A stretch of DNA of 63,561 bases, filler included, from Octopus bimaculoides (taxonomy: Eukaryota), in NCBI RefSeq assembly GCF_001194135.2. It is 9 parts of 7 records of this genome, joined end to end, with 100 filler letters (N's around TTAATTAATTAA, not from the genome) between each part and the next. Parts side by side here need not be neighbours in the genome. Positions count along the whole stretch, not along the records: positions 57,618 to 63,561 come from NC_069010.1; 8 more parts are not named here. The stretch is one strand, 5' to 3'. Both the position numbers and the translations under genes were made by a program. Positions 61,446 to 63,561 of this stretch are shown in pieces. The notes under the pieces were generated by a model. It saw only the letters and a list, made by a program, of their open reading frames with translations. It was not told the origin of the DNA and ran no database searches. How positions within the stretch are numbered: position 1 is the stretch's first letter; every line of letters starts with the position of its first letter.

Positions 61446-62541
61446 TTTGCTTGGTGATCGCCATGGGCTTTGAGCTTGTGTAAAAATACCATTATTATTA
61501 TTTACAAGATTGTAAAAATGGCACCATTTATACCAAAAGCATATACATATANNNNNNNNNNNNNNNNNNNNNNNNNNNNNNNNNNNNNNNNNNNNNNNNN
61601 NNNNNNNNNNNNNNNNNNNNNNNNNNNNNNNNNNNNNNNNNNNNNNNNNNNNNNNNNNNNNNNNNNNNNNNNNNNNNNNNNNNNNNNNNNNNNNNNNNNN
61701 NNNNNNNNNNNNNNNNNNNNNNNNNNNNNNNNNNNNNNNNNNNNNNNNNNNNNNNNNNNNNNNNNNNNNNNNNNNNNNNNNNNNNNNNNNNNNNNNNNNN
61801 NNNNNNNNNNNNNNNNNNNNNNNNNNNNNNNNNNNNNNNNNNNNNNNNNNNNNNNNNNNNNNNNNNNNNNNNNNNNNNNNNNNNNNNNNNNNNNNNNNNN
61901 NNNNNNNNNNNNNNNNNNNNNNNNNNNNNNNNNNNNNNNNNNNNNNNNNNNNNNNNNNNNNNNNNNNNNNNNNNNNNNNNNNNNNNNNNNNNNNNNNNNN
62001 NNNNNNNNNNNNNNNNNNNNNNNNNNNNNNNNNNNNNNNNNNNNNNNNNNNNNNNNNNNNNNNNNNNNNNNNNNNNNNNNNNNNNNNNNNNNNNNNNNNN
62101 NNNNNNNNNNNNNNNNNNNNNNNNNNNNNNNNNNNNNNNNNNNNNNNNNNNNNNNNNNNNNNNNNNNNNNNNNNNNNNNNNNNNNNNNNNNNNNNNNNNN
62201 NNNNNNNNNNNNNNNNNNNNNNNNNNNNNNNNNNNNNNNNNNNNNNNNNNNNNNNNNNNNNNNNNNNNNNNNNNNNNNNNNNNNNNNNNNNNNNNNNNNN
62301 NNNNNNNNNNNNNNNNNNNNNNNNNNNNNNNNNNNNNNNNNNNNNNNNNNNNNNNNNNNNNNNNNNNNNNNNNNNNNNNNNNNNNNNNNNNNNNNNNNNN
62401 NNNNNNNNNNNNNNNNNNNNNNNNNNNNNNNNNNNNNNNNNNNNNNNNNNNNNNNNNNNNNNNNNNNNNNNNNNNNNNNNNNNNNNNNNNNNNNNNNNNN
62501 NNNNNNNNNNNNNNNNNNNNNNNNNNNNNNNNNNNNNNNNN

Positions 62542-62574
<33 letters not shown>

Positions 62575-62578
<4 letters not shown>

Positions 62579-62720
62579 CCTTTCAGTTTCCATCTACCAA
62601 ATTCACTCACAGGTTCTTTGGTAAGGGCTAAGGCTATAGTAGAAAACATTTGCTCAAGGTTCCATGCAGTGGGACTGAACCTGGAAACGTGTGGATGGGA
62701 AACACAGCCACATCTGCACG
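62575..62720 (-). mobile_element. OR-like CORE-SINE 5' part, CpG-eroded
   Basis: TTTCAGTTTCCATCTACCAAATTCACTCACA..GGCTATAGTAGAA..GTGGGACTGAACC. Confidence 0.8.
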
Positions 62721-63333
62721 TATACATGGTTTAAAATTGAAAAAAAAAAAAGCAACAGTTTCATAGCAAAATTAGATGCAAAGGAAAATATTGCATGAAA
62801 TGTTCCATGGGTTTAATGTTAATATGTCAACATCTGCTGGGCAAATGGTTTCCGTTATTGTATATAACTTCTTCTGTCTGTCACAAACTATTCCTGCGTG
62901 TTATGTGATGTTAGCATTTCACTGAGTCTCTTGACAGGAAGATATCAACAGTATAGTTTTATCACCTCTTTGCCGAACACATATATATGTGTGTGCATGT
63001 ATGCAAACATGCTGAAAGGTCTCAGAGCTGAATACAATTTGTAGCAGTTGAGCAGAAATGTGGTCTATGTAGTAGGGAATTGTTTAGCCAATCTACAAGG
63101 ACGTTAGACCTGGTAGAAATAGCTGCCAAATCTCTCTGATCAGACCACTTCCTTTTGTATATATGTACATAGGCTCAGAAACAGGGGGTACAAGTACACT
63201 CCTTAAAATTTTTGGTGGGTGCAAAATCAAAATGTAAAAGCTTGTGCAATGAAAATGCCTTGGCTGGTTCAAATGGCAAAGGGTTAATTAAAATCACTTC
63301 TGTTACTTTTATTTACATTATAGACAAAATAGA

Positions 63334-63370
63334 CCCCAAGATTCCGAGTTCAATTCCAGGCAGTGACCTG

Positions 63371-63401
<31 letters not shown>

Positions 63402-63447
63402 ACATCGAAAAAAAATAACTTAGGAATGAGAACCCAGGTTCGGAAAA
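63334..63447 (+). mobile_element. truncated second locus of the tRNA-headed family seen at 704-1142
   Basis: GAGTTCAATTCCAGGCAG..AATAAT..ACATCG..TTAGGAATGAGAAC matches 945-1005. Confidence 0.65.
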
Positions 63448-63561
63448 GTGCCCGGCACGATACCCTGGGCTATGTTTGTTCCAGTTCTTTTTTTTTTTGT
63501 ATTTCTAGTGTTTGTGTGTCGTGTAGTGGACTTCATCCATCACCCAGTTAAATAGCACCAG

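Noticed and set aside
1-63561. Most ORFs in the track (poly-ER, -YI, -HT, -CV, -X and similar)
   Set aside because: They are translations of microsatellites or N gaps, with no domain content

Overview
Repeat-saturated, gap-rich animal genomic DNA, most likely from a draft octopus/cephalopod assembly (inferred from tRNA-derived and CORE-type SINE families resembling octopus OR-type SINEs, plus extreme microsatellite density). I find no intact host protein-coding exon; nearly all listed ORFs are microsatellite or N-gap artefacts. Recognisable coding remnants are all decayed transposons: two CR1-like RT fragments, R4/Dong-like and Hero-like REL retrotransposons, a MULE (FLYWCH + transposase), five Tc1/mariner fragments, a Helitron Rep with its 3' terminus, and a Penelope-like GIY-YIG C-terminus. 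The most striking pattern is a set of six short elements with no obvious similarity to each other that share one architecture: head-to-head inverted duplications (3' ends outward) carrying type-I hammerhead-ribozyme (HHR) motifs. They include a textbook HHR at the tip of a ~400-nt fold-back (42.5-42.9 kb), a G3-C8 compensated core variant (50.7 kb), and a tRNA-headed SINE-like element with a Penelope-style HHR tail (0.7-1.1 kb). Two candidate promoter/first-exon segments (8.6-8.7 kb minus; 40.7-40.9 kb plus) and CpG loss in repeats to the right of ~43 kb suggest flanking host genes. Assembly artefacts are present (TTAATTAATTAA gap linkers, an Illumina adapter). All alignments and folds were done by eye, and most element boundaries are approximate.
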